Virus record (IMG/VR): IMGVR_UViG_3300037188_000011
Location: 1-54,093 of that record
Length of the DNA stretch: 54,093 bases
Source: a virus
Taxonomy: Duplodnaviria; Caudoviricetes
Strand: one strand, 5' to 3'
The notes below the pieces were generated by a model. That model made no database searches, was not told the DNA's origin, and worked only from the letters and a program-made list of their open reading frames with translations. The position numbers and the translations under genes are program-made. Shown here in pieces: positions 18,263 to 27,974 of the stretch. Positions within the stretch are counted from its first letter, which is position 1. Each line of letters begins with the position of its first letter.

Positions 18263-19641
18263 GCTACCGCCCTCGCGCCGAGGGCTTCCATCCGACTCCG
18301 GATATCCGCCTGGTACTCTTCCTCGCGCTCGATCATGATCGGGAAGAACCCTTCCAGGATAGCGGCCTCGCCCGTGGTGCCGCTGCCGGCGAATGGATCT
18401 AAGATCGTTCCGCCTGGCGGCGTGACCAATCGGCAGAGGTAGCGCATCAGCGCGATCGGCTTGACGGTCGGATGCTTGCTGCCTGCGCGTTCGGTCTTGT
18501 TGGCTTTGGCCTGGTAGAAATACCTCGCCACCGACCCGCCGGCATCGTCATGGCCCATGGCAACTTCATCCTGCTCGGCCATGCGATAGCCGGCGTCCGT
18601 CACGACGGTCGCTCGGCCGGTCCGCTTGCCGACGCGCGCCTTCGTGCCACCGCTGACCGGCAGCAGTGAGGTGACTTCGTCGCTTCCATCGGTGATGACG
18701 TTGGCGGGGAAGCGGCCTGTGGCGCTGTAGTTCGGTCGCGGCTTGTTGTCCTCGCCAAATACCACGTTGTTGCGCGCACCGTTATTGTGATCGCTGTGCT
18801 GGTTCTTTGTCTTGCTCTCGTGTTCGTCGGAGTCGCTCGCATAGACCACGCGACACCCATCAACATTGATCGCACCCGTACCCCATTTCAAAACGTTGGC
18901 GGCGACGGTGAGACCATGCTCCAACGGCTTGCGCGCCATGCAGATAGGTTCATTGGCCGGTTTCAAAGCCGTTCCGAATCCGGCCCACTGTTTTGCGGCG
19001 TCGGTGGCGGGCTCGGTGATATCGACCACACCGGCAGACCAGCCACCGCCGCCAGCCGCCTTATCAATCCCCTTGCTGACATCGTGCGACTTCGGAAAGC
19101 CGCTGCCGTACAGCCATTGCACCATGTCCCTTATCTCAAAGCCGGCATCCTCGATCGCGACCGCGAGCCGGTGATAGGTACGCGTCCCGCCGAACGCGAG
19201 CACGAACCCGCCGTGATGGCCCTTGTACGCAGGCCACGAACATGACTTGCAGATTTCCTGCCGATCGGCATCGCGGGCGGTGATGCGAGAAATAGGAATA
19301 TTGCAGAAGCCACGATTGTTGCCGGGTTTGAATTTCAAATCCTCATCGTGGCGCTCTTCGGCGCCTTCGTCGATGAAGACCGTAAACTTTGAGCCGTTAT
19401 CCTCGATCGCATAGGCGGGGAACTCGCCGCGATAGGGCATTCCCTCATCATCAAATTCGTCCGTCGCTGCTACGGTCTCAACCCAAACCGGATCACCGGT
19501 CTTGATGCGGGCCTCACGTACCTTGCAGTTCCATTTCACCGACGTAATGCCGAGCCCCTTCAGGCGACCAGCCAACTCTTGGCGGGTCTCGCATGGTTTC
19601 CCGGAAAGGATGCAGCCTCGGCAGGTTCGATAGGTGGTCAT
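18259..19641 (-). CDS. Fusion of a Cys-rich hypothetical N-terminus to an N-terminally truncated N4/N6 DNA methyltransferase
   Basis: GGFVLAFGGTRTYHRL, HPTVKP and LDPFAGSGTT are present; the catalytic DPPY block that normally precedes them is absent. Confidence 0.7.
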   Translation of the reverse strand: MTTYRTCRGCILSGKPCETRQELAGRLKGLGITSVKWNCKVREARIKTGDPVWVETVAATDEFDDEGMPYRGEFPAYAIEDNGSKFTVFIDEGAEERHDEDLKFKPGNNRGFCNIPISRITARDADRQEICKSCSWPAYKGHHGGFVLAFGGTRTYHRLAVAIEDAGFEIRDMVQWLYGSGFPKSHDVSKGIDKAAGGGGWSAGVVDITEPATDAAKQWAGFGTALKPANEPICMARKPLEHGLTVAANVLKWGTGAINVDGCRVVYASDSDEHESKTKNQHSDHNNGARNNVVFGEDNKPRPNYSATGRFPANVITDGSDEVTSLLPVSGGTKARVGKRTGRATVVTDAGYRMAEQDEVAMGHDDAGGSVARYFYQAKANKTERAGSKHPTVKPIALMRYLCRLVTPPGGTILDPFAGSGTTGEAAILEGFFPIMIEREEEYQADIRSRMEALGARAVA

Positions 19642-20171
19642 GCTGATTTCCCCGCGTTCTTCTTGAGTTCGGCCGGCGTAGTCCGCGCCATGGATGCGAC
19701 GATCGCCAAGACCGCTTTTTTTGATGCTTCAAACTTTTCTTTTTTCATCGCGGCGCACGATTGCGATTCCGCCTCGAAATGCTTGACCACGTTCCCGCTG
19801 ATCCGAATGATTGCCAGCGGGCTCATGCGGCGCAGCGCGATCCCGAGTTGCCGGGCTTCCTTCGGGCTATCCATGACGTAATTCGATTCGGTGCAGTAGC
19901 CGGCCTCGACCAGGGCAGCGGCCCGCATGTGCTCCGGGCTTGGGTATCCGTTCGCGTACTCCTCGGCAAGATTGTCAAACGCTTCCCGAATCTGCGCGAA
20001 GTACCCGCGGTGGCTGGACATCGAACGATCTTCGGAGGGGATCAGTGCGTACTCTTCGTTCACCTCGAACTGTTGATTGCACAGCCGCTTGAACCTGGGC
20101 AGCGGAATGAAGTGCTCCCCGGTCCAGACACAGGCAATGGGCCTGATGCGCTGTGGTTTTTTCACGGTCAT
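19638..20171 (-). CDS. DUF1367-like recombination-associated protein
   Basis: RS..SHRGYFA, EH.R..AL..AGY and S.S..AM motifs; next to the exonuclease gene. Confidence 0.6.
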   Translation of the reverse strand: MTVKKPQRIRPIACVWTGEHFIPLPRFKRLCNQQFEVNEEYALIPSEDRSMSSHRGYFAQIREAFDNLAEEYANGYPSPEHMRAAALVEAGYCTESNYVMDSPKEARQLGIALRRMSPLAIIRISGNVVKHFEAESQSCAAMKKEKFEASKKAVLAIVASMARTTPAELKKNAGKSA

Positions 20172-20498
20172 GGCACTTTCGCGTGACCGCGACCCGTAAG
20201 CCATCCCCATCCCGTTCCGACATTAATTCGGCAGACCATAGCCTTGGTGACGTTGAAGTCAGATGCGATTGACTTCTGCATTTCTGCCATACCCATTTGA
20301 ACTTCTGGCAAAAGGCCACAGAAGACAATCGTCATGTTCATAAAGAACATGATCATGGATCCATTGCAGAGGTTCCCCACGCCTCGCGCGAAAACGTTCA
20401 GCACTCGGATCACCGCGAAGTCTCCACATGTCATAATGCTCTGGACACCACGTCCGAGTTTTAGCCTTCTCAAGGCACCCTTCGATTGAACAATTCAT
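20168..20498 (-). pseudogene. HNH homing endonuclease remnant with the nuclease core deleted
   Basis: N-terminal CSIEGC..C..HY..W...GDP and CLLWPFA...GYG; the C-terminal HTH (QKSIASDFNVTKAMVCRI..G..W) is in another frame. Confidence 0.7.
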
Positions 20499-21172
20499 CC
20501 CGAAGCCCTCATCTCACGAAGATATCGTACTAGGGTTTTGAGATCGTAATTGAATCGCTGCACCTCATTCGATAATTCTTGGATGAACTTGTCGTCGCGC
20601 TCAATATTCCGGACGTCCAGAGCTGGCATCGACGGGTGACAATAGACAGTGAGATTCCATTGGTCGCGCTCGCAAATCCACATAGACCCCTGAATCTGAG
20701 CGCGATGCTCCGAAAGAACGGCCGGCGGTTTCTGCAATAGCGGGATCAGAACTTCGGCTTTGGCCGTCTTTATTTCCAAGCCGCTATCGAACCCGATGAG
20801 GGAATCGGGACTACATCCGCAGGCTTTTAGACCTTCGAAGTTTTGCACGAAACCGACGCGTCGCGGCTCAACGCCGTATCTCCGGCAATACGATTGCCTG
20901 GCTTCATCCTCCATCGCGTTGCCGCGATCCATCGCAGCATTCCGATATTCTTCGGCGACTTGTCCCGTGATCTGCTCTCCTGCCAATTTATACAGAAGTT
21001 TTGTCCGGGTGACCGATGCGCCGCCATCCCGGCCAGACGCCATGATCGTCGCGAAGTTGCTGGCGGTTGGCAGGCCAAGCCGCAGCATTTTCCACTCGTC
21101 GGTTCCTTGCTCGCAGTCATGGATGACGAGCAGCGACTTCGGCGGATTCTTGATGGTTGCGGCTTTAGCCAT
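20495..21172 (-). CDS. YqaJ/lambda-exonuclease-family recombination nuclease
   Basis: QGTDEW..LRLG.PTAS, RG.AME, CSPDSLI, LEIK and QIQGSMW motifs. Confidence 0.9.
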   Translation of the reverse strand: MAKAATIKNPPKSLLVIHDCEQGTDEWKMLRLGLPTASNFATIMASGRDGGASVTRTKLLYKLAGEQITGQVAEEYRNAAMDRGNAMEDEARQSYCRRYGVEPRRVGFVQNFEGLKACGCSPDSLIGFDSGLEIKTAKAEVLIPLLQKPPAVLSEHRAQIQGSMWICERDQWNLTVYCHPSMPALDVRNIERDDKFIQELSNEVQRFNYDLKTLVRYLREMRASG

Positions 21173-22046
21173 TCTTTTTCCGCTGCTGATTTTCGTGATA
21201 ATCTTTGCATGCCTTTTCTGCGGCGCCGTAAAGGTTCTTCGGCAGATCGGCGACCTTGGCGATCGTGTAATGCTCGCAGAATCGCTTGGTGCCGATCCCG
21301 CACCATTCGATGAGTTCGACCAGTTTGATGACTTGGCCTTGGTCTACGGTCTCGACCTCGGCCGGAACCTCGGCGAGGCCGCCGCCCTTGGCGCGCTTGA
21401 AATTGCCATCGCGCCCATCGGTGTCTTGATCCTCCGGCGCCTCGCTGACGATATTCAGCAGCGCGATCGTGCAATATCTTTTGCCGTAGGACATCGAAGA
21501 TCCCCAGCCTTGGACGTTGTTCTTCGATCCTGACACTTCGGCCGGCAGCGGGAAGGCTGTCGTCCGGGAATGGCCGTGGCCCTCGAGCAGTCCCTTGACC
21601 AGGAGACGCTCGCCGACCGGTTCGGTTGAGAACGAAAGCGCGAAGCCATGGCGGATCAGCAGCGGCTTGATCACCTTCATGATGTTGTTGAAGGTTGCGT
21701 AGGGCGTCGATTGCTGGGGCCTGCCAGTCGTCGGCCTGGCGCCCGAGGCATCCTTCGCGAAAATCTCGATCTTGCCGTCCTGGCGGATCGTCGGGAGTTC
21801 TTCCTGCAGCGCGATGAATGCGCGGTTGAAATCCTTCTGCGCCTCGCGGTCCTCGATCTGGCGCTGCATGTCCAAGAGCGCCTGCATTTTCCCGACATCA
21901 CAGGCCGGGTCCGCAGCTGCTCGGGCGATCACGGCGAGGAAGTTCGTCGATGGCACCACGGCTTCAGCCTCAACCGACCTCAGCGCTGGCACCGAGGCAT
22001 GAACCATCGGCGGACGTTTCTTGTATCGCTTCGGCTTTGGCATCAA
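21165..22046 (-). CDS. erf: ERF-family single-strand annealing protein
   Basis: YA...I..VIKPLL..HGF and the signature QGWGSSMSYGKRY. Confidence 0.85.
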   Translation of the reverse strand: MMPKPKRYKKRPPMVHASVPALRSVEAEAVVPSTNFLAVIARAAADPACDVGKMQALLDMQRQIEDREAQKDFNRAFIALQEELPTIRQDGKIEIFAKDASGARPTTGRPQQSTPYATFNNIMKVIKPLLIRHGFALSFSTEPVGERLLVKGLLEGHGHSRTTAFPLPAEVSGSKNNVQGWGSSMSYGKRYCTIALLNIVSEAPEDQDTDGRDGNFKRAKGGGLAEVPAEVETVDQGQVIKLVELIEWCGIGTKRFCEHYTIAKVADLPKNLYGAAEKACKDYHENQQRKKNG

Positions 22047-22180
22047 GTTTCCTTTTCAAGTTGATTCCGTTCGGGGAAAATTTACTCCGTTTCGATCCAC
22101 ATTTCCAGCGCTGGAAATGACTATTCGTCGATCTGGCACATCGGATAAGCACTATTCCTGGCCGACGATGGAAAATTGCT

Positions 22181-22510
22181 TCATCTCTTCCTCCTGAAGA
22201 TGCTGATCTTGTCCAAGAAGTCCTGCAAGATGGGCGCGGAATCGTAGTTTCGATCCATCTTGTCGCCGACGACGTCATCCGCGAACGCCGCAAGAATGTC
22301 GATTTGGTCCCGGGTCAGCGTGATCTCGACAAACTGCCAAGGGCCGCCGCCGACTGCATTCGGCGCGATTGATCCGCCGGCGGCCTTGAACCCGGAGTCG
22401 AATGCGTCTTGGATCGCGGCCTTGATCCGATCCAATGCATCAACATACTGAGCGTCGGTCAGTCCGCCCCGCACACCTCGAAGGCACAATCGGGCAGTTT
22501 CATCGGACAT
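22181..22510 (-). CDS. Hypothetical protein
   Basis: TGATG coupling with the upstream gene. Confidence 0.45.
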   Translation of the reverse strand: MSDETARLCLRGVRGGLTDAQYVDALDRIKAAIQDAFDSGFKAAGGSIAPNAVGGGPWQFVEITLTRDQIDILAAFADDVVGDKMDRNYDSAPILQDFLDKISIFRRKR

Positions 22511-23385
22511 CACCGGACTCCCGATTTTGGACGTGAGCCGATCTTGGCGCCCGCCATCGGCTCGGCGTAATTGTTCGCCTTTGCCCAAGCGTTCAGCGCC
22601 TTCTGCTTCTCGGCGATCGAAATGTAAGGCCAGAGCTTGTTCTTATCGAGCAAGTCCTGCTTTTCGATCTCGGAATACTTCTCGGTTCCCATCGTCGACA
22701 GGGAGCCGGAGGCCGTCCGGGTTCGCATGATGTCCGCCGGCCGCGCCAACGTTGCCACATAGGCATCCTCGGCGACGGCGGCGGCTACTGCGGTTTCCAC
22801 CCGGGCCGCACTGGCGACCGTCTCTGCCTGGATGGCGACCTCTTCCTTGGCTGCGGTGGTCTCCGGCTTCCGGGCCCGTTCCGCAGCCAGTCTGGCGGCT
22901 TCGGCCTCAGCTGCGAGCCGGTTTTCCTCGGCGACTTTGGCGGCCAGCACACGGGCGGCTTCCTCGGCTGCGAGGCAGCGGCGCTCATTCTCTTCGGCCA
23001 AGATGCGGACGTCGTAAGCGGTCAGCTTTTCGAGCAGCGTATCGCCGGCGCCGGGGTTGTTTTTCTTGTCCCGCTTCAGGAGCCGATCCCAGAGGCCAAA
23101 GAAAAACTGGTCGACGCCCTGGCCGCGGCGGAAGTGGGGCTGTTTCTCGATTACGTGAAGGCCTTCGATTCGGGCCTTTTCGTCCCTGATTCGCTTGATC
23201 AGGTCGACCACGGTTTCCTTTGTGGCGGCATCCGGGATGACATCCGGGATGTCTTCGGCCTCGATCAACAGCGCGTCGACCGCCACGACATTGTTGTGGT
23301 AGTCGACCTGCAGGCGCCCAACCTCTTCCTTCGCGTAGTCGATGGCCTGGGTGTTGTCGCCAATTCCTGGGGTATTCATTTGCAT
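22510..23385 (-). CDS. Coiled-coil protein of the recombination module (Gp157/Gam-like position)
   Basis: RBS GAGGA; GIGDN start, KQPHFRRGQ.VD.FF, Ala/Glu coiled coil, C-terminal ..GAKI. Confidence 0.65.
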   Translation of the reverse strand: MQMNTPGIGDNTQAIDYAKEEVGRLQVDYHNNVVAVDALLIEAEDIPDVIPDAATKETVVDLIKRIRDEKARIEGLHVIEKQPHFRRGQGVDQFFFGLWDRLLKRDKKNNPGAGDTLLEKLTAYDVRILAEENERRCLAAEEAARVLAAKVAEENRLAAEAEAARLAAERARKPETTAAKEEVAIQAETVASAARVETAVAAAVAEDAYVATLARPADIMRTRTASGSLSTMGTEKYSEIEKQDLLDKNKLWPYISIAEKQKALNAWAKANNYAEPMAGAKIGSRPKSGVR

Positions 23386-23678
23386 TCCTCGTTTCAGTTG
23401 TCGCCGATGACAGAAATGATCTTGCCGGCATAAAATCCATCGGCGGTGACCGTATCGCCGACACTGAGCGTTCCGGCGATCGGCTCGGCCGTGATCCCAT
23501 CGAGAAATTCAGTGGCGCTGCTTGGACTTCTGTTTCCGAACGTGGCGGGCGAAGCCACGCGAAGGGCGATAGATGGGTTCGACGCAAGATCACCGTAGTA
23601 TCAAATTTTCCACAATACAAGTGCAAAAAACGGGATTTTTAATTGTCGCCGGATTTTTTCGGTGGTAAGGCTTTGCTC

Positions 23679-24014
23679 ATGTCCGAACATATCATGCGCG
23701 AAAATCTACTGGTCGTTGCCCAAACCTACGCAGCCGCAAAGGGTTGGGCGCTCACCACGGTGAGCAAGCAAATCCACGGGAACCAGTCCTTCCTTGAAGG
23801 GTTCGTTTCCGGTCGCATATCGGTAAGGATCGACACCTATCATACGATGATGGACAAATTCCGGGCGGAATGGCCGCCTGGCGCGAAATGGCCGGTTACC
23901 AGGGACATCCCGGCGCCGAAGAAACTGCCGTATCGGGAACCGATTGACCTCCCGGAGCGGGGTACAGGCGGGAAGTTCTTGGGGAAAAAAGTTCACAAAC
24001 GACGCGGATCATAG
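23679..24014 (+). CDS. Cro-like transcription regulator
   Basis: First gene of the rightward arm; LTTVSKQIHGN..F...F..G HTH-like region and W P.GA.WP motif. Confidence 0.6.
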   Translation: MSEHIMRENLLVVAQTYAAAKGWALTTVSKQIHGNQSFLEGFVSGRISVRIDTYHTMMDKFRAEWPPGAKWPVTRDIPAPKKLPYREPIDLPERGTGGKFLGKKVHKRRGS

Positions 24015-24050
24015 CGCACGATTCGCGAATCCGGTTTAGGATTGCGAATC

Positions 24051-24260
24051 ATGGCTCACCTCATCGACGAAGCGGAAGAAATGACCTGGATCAGCATCCC
24101 GCTCGATCCCCAGACCGCAGCCCGGCTGCGGAACTTGTCCGACGCCTGCCATGCGGCGCCGACCAATATTGCCGCGTCCCTGCTCCACGACATCCTCAAG
24201 GATGACGAAGAGGCCAACCTGCCGGCCGCCATCGCGGTCGGTACCGTCACCATGAACTGA
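24051..24260 (+). CDS. Small ribbon-helix-helix-like protein
   Basis: ISIPLDPQTAARLRNLS...IAASLLHDIL pattern. Confidence 0.5.
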   Translation: MAHLIDEAEEMTWISIPLDPQTAARLRNLSDACHAAPTNIAASLLHDILKDDEEANLPAAIAVGTVTMN

Positions 24261-24272
24261 AAGGACCACCAC

Positions 24273-24729
24273 ATGGGCCCGACCACGCAAGCCGAAAGCC
24301 GATAAGGCCGAAAAACCCGAGACGACCGCCGTCGCCGACAACCCGAAGATGATCTCCCCGAACAAGCTGAAAAAGCTGCTGACCCATGCCCGGAAGGCGC
24401 ATCAGGACGGCCGGGCCATCGCCGGCGAGCTCGGCGCCGCCATCAAAAATGCGGCCGACAACGACAATCTCCACAAGAAAGCGTTTGCATCGGTCAAGGC
24501 CGCCGACCGCATGGAGCCGGAAGCGCTGGCGGATTACTTCGCGCATCGGGATTATTACGAGGAAACGCTGGGCTTGCGGAAGCGGGCCGGATCGGTGATG
24601 CGGATGGACTTCGGGACCGGCGACGGCGCCGAGGGCGACGAAGGCGATGCTTCGGACGATGGAAAAGTCACACAGATCGGCGCGGCGGCCCGCCGGGTCG
24701 CGGAAACCGCGGGCAGCAAACTGGCGTAA
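24273..24729 (+). CDS. GapR/DUF2312-like nucleoid protein; apparent +1 frameshift just after the RBS-supported ATG
   Basis: Helical pattern ...LHKKAF..VK....M......Y......Y.E.LG. AAGGA-ATG at 24273 is 1 nt out of frame with ORF 24349..24729. Confidence 0.5.
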
Positions 24730-24732
24730 CTG

Positions 24733-25218
24733 ATGGCCGAACAGGGCATCCTTCCGATATTAGACGGGCCGGCCCTTGTGGCTGGCCTCTTTGAGCTTTC
24801 TGGGGAACCGCGGCACAAAGCGCGCCATAGATCCCGGATCGGATACAAGGACGGCAAGCCCTTCGTGATGCAATATCCCGACCCGGACACGGCAAAATAC
24901 GAGGCGGTGCTCGGCCAAGCCGCGTCCCTGTTCATGCGGGGTAAGAAGCCCACGGACAAGCCTGTGGCGCTCCTGGTGCACGTCTTCAAGTCGGTTCCTA
25001 AAAGCTGGACTGAGAAGAAACGGCAAGCGGCATTGGCTGGCGCAATCCTTCCGGACGGAAAAGCCGACTGGGATAATTTCGGAAAAGTCGTATCTGACGG
25101 CATGAACAAGATCGTCTATTTGGACGATAGCCAGGTCGTCGATGGACGTGTGATAAAACGCTACGACGCCAAGCCCGGACTCCGGATCGAAGTCCGCGAG
25201 TTCGTCCTCTCCACATAA
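24733..25218 (+). CDS. rusA: RusA-family Holliday junction resolvase
   Basis: GEP..KAR.R and KADWDNFGKVVSDGMNKIVYLDDSQVV motifs. Confidence 0.9.
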   Translation: MAEQGILPILDGPALVAGLFELSGEPRHKARHRSRIGYKDGKPFVMQYPDPDTAKYEAVLGQAASLFMRGKKPTDKPVALLVHVFKSVPKSWTEKKRQAALAGAILPDGKADWDNFGKVVSDGMNKIVYLDDSQVVDGRVIKRYDAKPGLRIEVREFVLST

Positions 25219-25295
25219 TTGTAGAAAAATATCTATAGACTAAACGCCGCGACCATGCCAAATCTGCATTTGGATATTTTCTTGATCGGGAGCGG

Positions 25296-26672
25296 ATGTC
25301 TATGGGTAAGTACGAGGATTTTCTGGCCAGTAAGGCAATCCGGGCGCAGGAACGCGGTCTAAAAGACGTTCCGGCACTAGCCAGCCACCTTTTCCCCTTT
25401 CAGAAACTTTGCGTTGATTTTGCGTTGCGGGCGGGATCCGCTGGCAACTTCCTGTCCACCGGGCTCGGCAAGACGGCCTGCGAGCTCGAATGGGCCGCCC
25501 ATGGCGCGGACGCGACAAACGGCAGATCATTGATTTTGGCCCCGCTGTCGGTCGGATGGCAGATCCAGCAAGAGGCAAAACGATGGGGCTATGACTCGCG
25601 AGTTATCCGGGATCAATCCGAGGTCGGGTGGGGTATCAACATCTGCAATTACGATCGGCTGGATAAACTGGATCCGGCCGCGTTCGGCGCCGTGGCGTTA
25701 GACGAAAGTTCAATCCTGAAATCGTTCGCCGGCAAGACTTCCATAGCTCTGATCAATGCGTTTTCGCAGCATCGGTTCCGGCTTTCAGCCACTGCGACGC
25801 CGGCACCGAACGACCACATGGAGTTAGGGACGCAATCGGATTTCCTCGGGGTCATGCCGTCGTCCGAAATGCTAATGCGTTGGTTTATCAACGATACTTC
25901 TACTGCGAGTCAGGAGTGGCGGCTCAAAAAACACGCCATTAACGATTTTTGGGATTGGTGTGCGTCGTGGTCGAGGATGGCGGAAATGCCATCGGACCTC
26001 GGGGGCGACGATACGGGGTTCATCCTGCCGCCCATGAAGATTGTCCGGCACCGCGCCGAGGCATCTCCGATCAAGGGTTCTGATCTGTTCGGGATGGTCG
26101 ATATGTCAGCCACATCGATCCACGACGTGAAGCGCAAAACGGCCGGAAATCGGTCAAAGTCGGTTGCTGATCTGGTCAACGCGTCGTCGTCCGAGCCGTG
26201 GGTAGTTTGGTGCGATACCGATTACGAGGCGGATGCGATCAAGGAATTGCTGCCGACCGCGAAGGAAGTCCGCGGCTCGTACACTCCGGAGCAAAAAGAA
26301 TCCACGTTGCGCGGGTTCGCGGACGGATCAATCCGGGTCATTATCACCAAGCCGTCGATTTGCGGGTTTGGTCTAAACTGGCAGCACTGCGCTCGAACGG
26401 CGTTCGTCGGCCGGACGTTCTCGTATGAGGCATGGTATCAGGCCGTGCGGCGGTTCTGGCGGTTCGGGCAAACCCGGCAAGTCGAGGTCCACTTGGTCGT
26501 GGCAGAAGGTGAGGAAGCCATTGCCAGGGTGATCGACCGGAAGGCCGATGACCATGTTATCATGAAAACGGCGATGCGGGCGGCGATGGCCCGCGCGACC
26601 GAGAAATCAGTAACCCGCCGCGCTGCATATTCCGCAACTCACAAAGCAAAGGTTCCGTCATGGCTAAGCTAA
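25296..26672 (+). CDS. SNF2-like superfamily 2 helicase
   Basis: TGLGKT, LDESS, TATPAPND, GFGLNWQ and QAVRRFWRFGQ motifs. Confidence 0.9.
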   Translation: MSMGKYEDFLASKAIRAQERGLKDVPALASHLFPFQKLCVDFALRAGSAGNFLSTGLGKTACELEWAAHGADATNGRSLILAPLSVGWQIQQEAKRWGYDSRVIRDQSEVGWGINICNYDRLDKLDPAAFGAVALDESSILKSFAGKTSIALINAFSQHRFRLSATATPAPNDHMELGTQSDFLGVMPSSEMLMRWFINDTSTASQEWRLKKHAINDFWDWCASWSRMAEMPSDLGGDDTGFILPPMKIVRHRAEASPIKGSDLFGMVDMSATSIHDVKRKTAGNRSKSVADLVNASSSEPWVVWCDTDYEADAIKELLPTAKEVRGSYTPEQKESTLRGFADGSIRVIITKPSICGFGLNWQHCARTAFVGRTFSYEAWYQAVRRFWRFGQTRQVEVHLVVAEGEEAIARVIDRKADDHVIMKTAMRAAMARATEKSVTRRAAYSATHKAKVPSWLS

Positions 26673-27562
26673 TCAAGTGCATGGATGCGTCGCTTGGAGA
26701 TCGGTTCGCGGCCTATAACGGCGATAGCTGCCAGGTGCTCCCGCAATTGACAGATGAGACGATCGGGTTTTCGATCTATTCCCCGCCGTTCACGAATATT
26801 TTCGTCTATTCGGACAGCGAAGCTGACATGGGGAATTGCGCTACCGATGAAGAGTTCAACGAGCACTATCGGTTTTTGATCCGCGAGATATTCCGGTTGA
26901 CAAAGCCGGGCCGGCTCACGGCGGTGCATTGCTCCGATCTCCCGTCGTCGAAGTGGAAGGACGGCGTGATCGGGCTCAAGGACTTCCCCGGTGACATCGT
27001 GCGAACACATCAATCGGAGGGGTGGATATTCCATTCCCGCGTTTGCGTGTGGCGAGATCCCGTCGTCGAGATGACCCGCACCAAGGCCCTCGGGCTGCTC
27101 TACAAGCAACTCAAGAAAGACAGCACGCGGTCGCGGATGGGCATCGCGGATTATGTTCTCGTATTCCGCAAGCCGGGAGAGAATGCCGATCCGGTCGAAC
27201 AGATGCCAGAGAATTTCCCGGTTTCGCAGTGGCAGAAATGGGCATCGCCGGTCTGGATGGATATCAACCAGACCAACACGATCAACGTCCGCATGGCGAA
27301 GGACGGTGCCGACGAAAAGCACCTTTGCCCGCTGCAGCTCGATCTGATCGAACGGGCCGTGACGATGTGGAGCAACCCTGGCGACGTCGTGCTTTCGCCG
27401 TTCATGGGCATCGGAAGCGAGGGGGTTACCAGCCTCAAACTGAACCGGAAATTCATCGGGATCGAGCTCAAGCCGTCATATTTTAAGCATGCATGCCGGT
27501 ATCTTGAAGCTGCAGAACGGCAAGAGGATTTGTTTTTGGTCGAGATGCAGGCCGCCGAATAA
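26660..27562 (+). CDS. N4/N6 DNA methyltransferase (beta class)
   Basis: SPPF catalytic motif, KHLCPLQ, and SAM motif SPFMGIGS. Confidence 0.9.
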   Translation: MAKLIKCMDASLGDRFAAYNGDSCQVLPQLTDETIGFSIYSPPFTNIFVYSDSEADMGNCATDEEFNEHYRFLIREIFRLTKPGRLTAVHCSDLPSSKWKDGVIGLKDFPGDIVRTHQSEGWIFHSRVCVWRDPVVEMTRTKALGLLYKQLKKDSTRSRMGIADYVLVFRKPGENADPVEQMPENFPVSQWQKWASPVWMDINQTNTINVRMAKDGADEKHLCPLQLDLIERAVTMWSNPGDVVLSPFMGIGSEGVTSLKLNRKFIGIELKPSYFKHACRYLEAAERQEDLFLVEMQAAE

Positions 27563-27775
27563 ATGCCCCGTGATTACCGCGCATCCGAAAACCAGAAGCG
27601 CGCCAAGACCCGGCGTATGGGCGCGCTCGCGCGGAACGAACTGCGGGAGGCGTCGGCACCGCGGGAATCTCCGGTTGGCGCGACCTCATTTCCGGTCAAG
27701 AAAATCGATATGGCGACTTCGGCGGCGATCGATGCGTTCCTGGCGCGGCGTGGGGATACCGGGGACAGGAGTTGA
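27563..27775 (+). CDS. Hypothetical protein
   Basis: Starts immediately after the MTase stop; AIDAFLARRG motif. Confidence 0.5.
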   Translation: MPRDYRASENQKRAKTRRMGALARNELREASAPRESPVGATSFPVKKIDMATSAAIDAFLARRGDTGDRS

Positions 27776-27974
27776 CGGTTGGCCGATTCTGGCCCTACAA
27801 AGAAAACGGCCCGCGGGGAGAGGAACCCGCGAGCCGCAAACTGAACCCGATGAGCTTTTCGCGAAGGCATCGGATAGGCACAAGATGTAGGGCGTTCGCC
27901 GCCTCGCGTCAACCTCCTGTCCCATATTTCCGCAGATTGTCATCGGTTCCGAACAGGTAAAACCGGAGCGGTTG

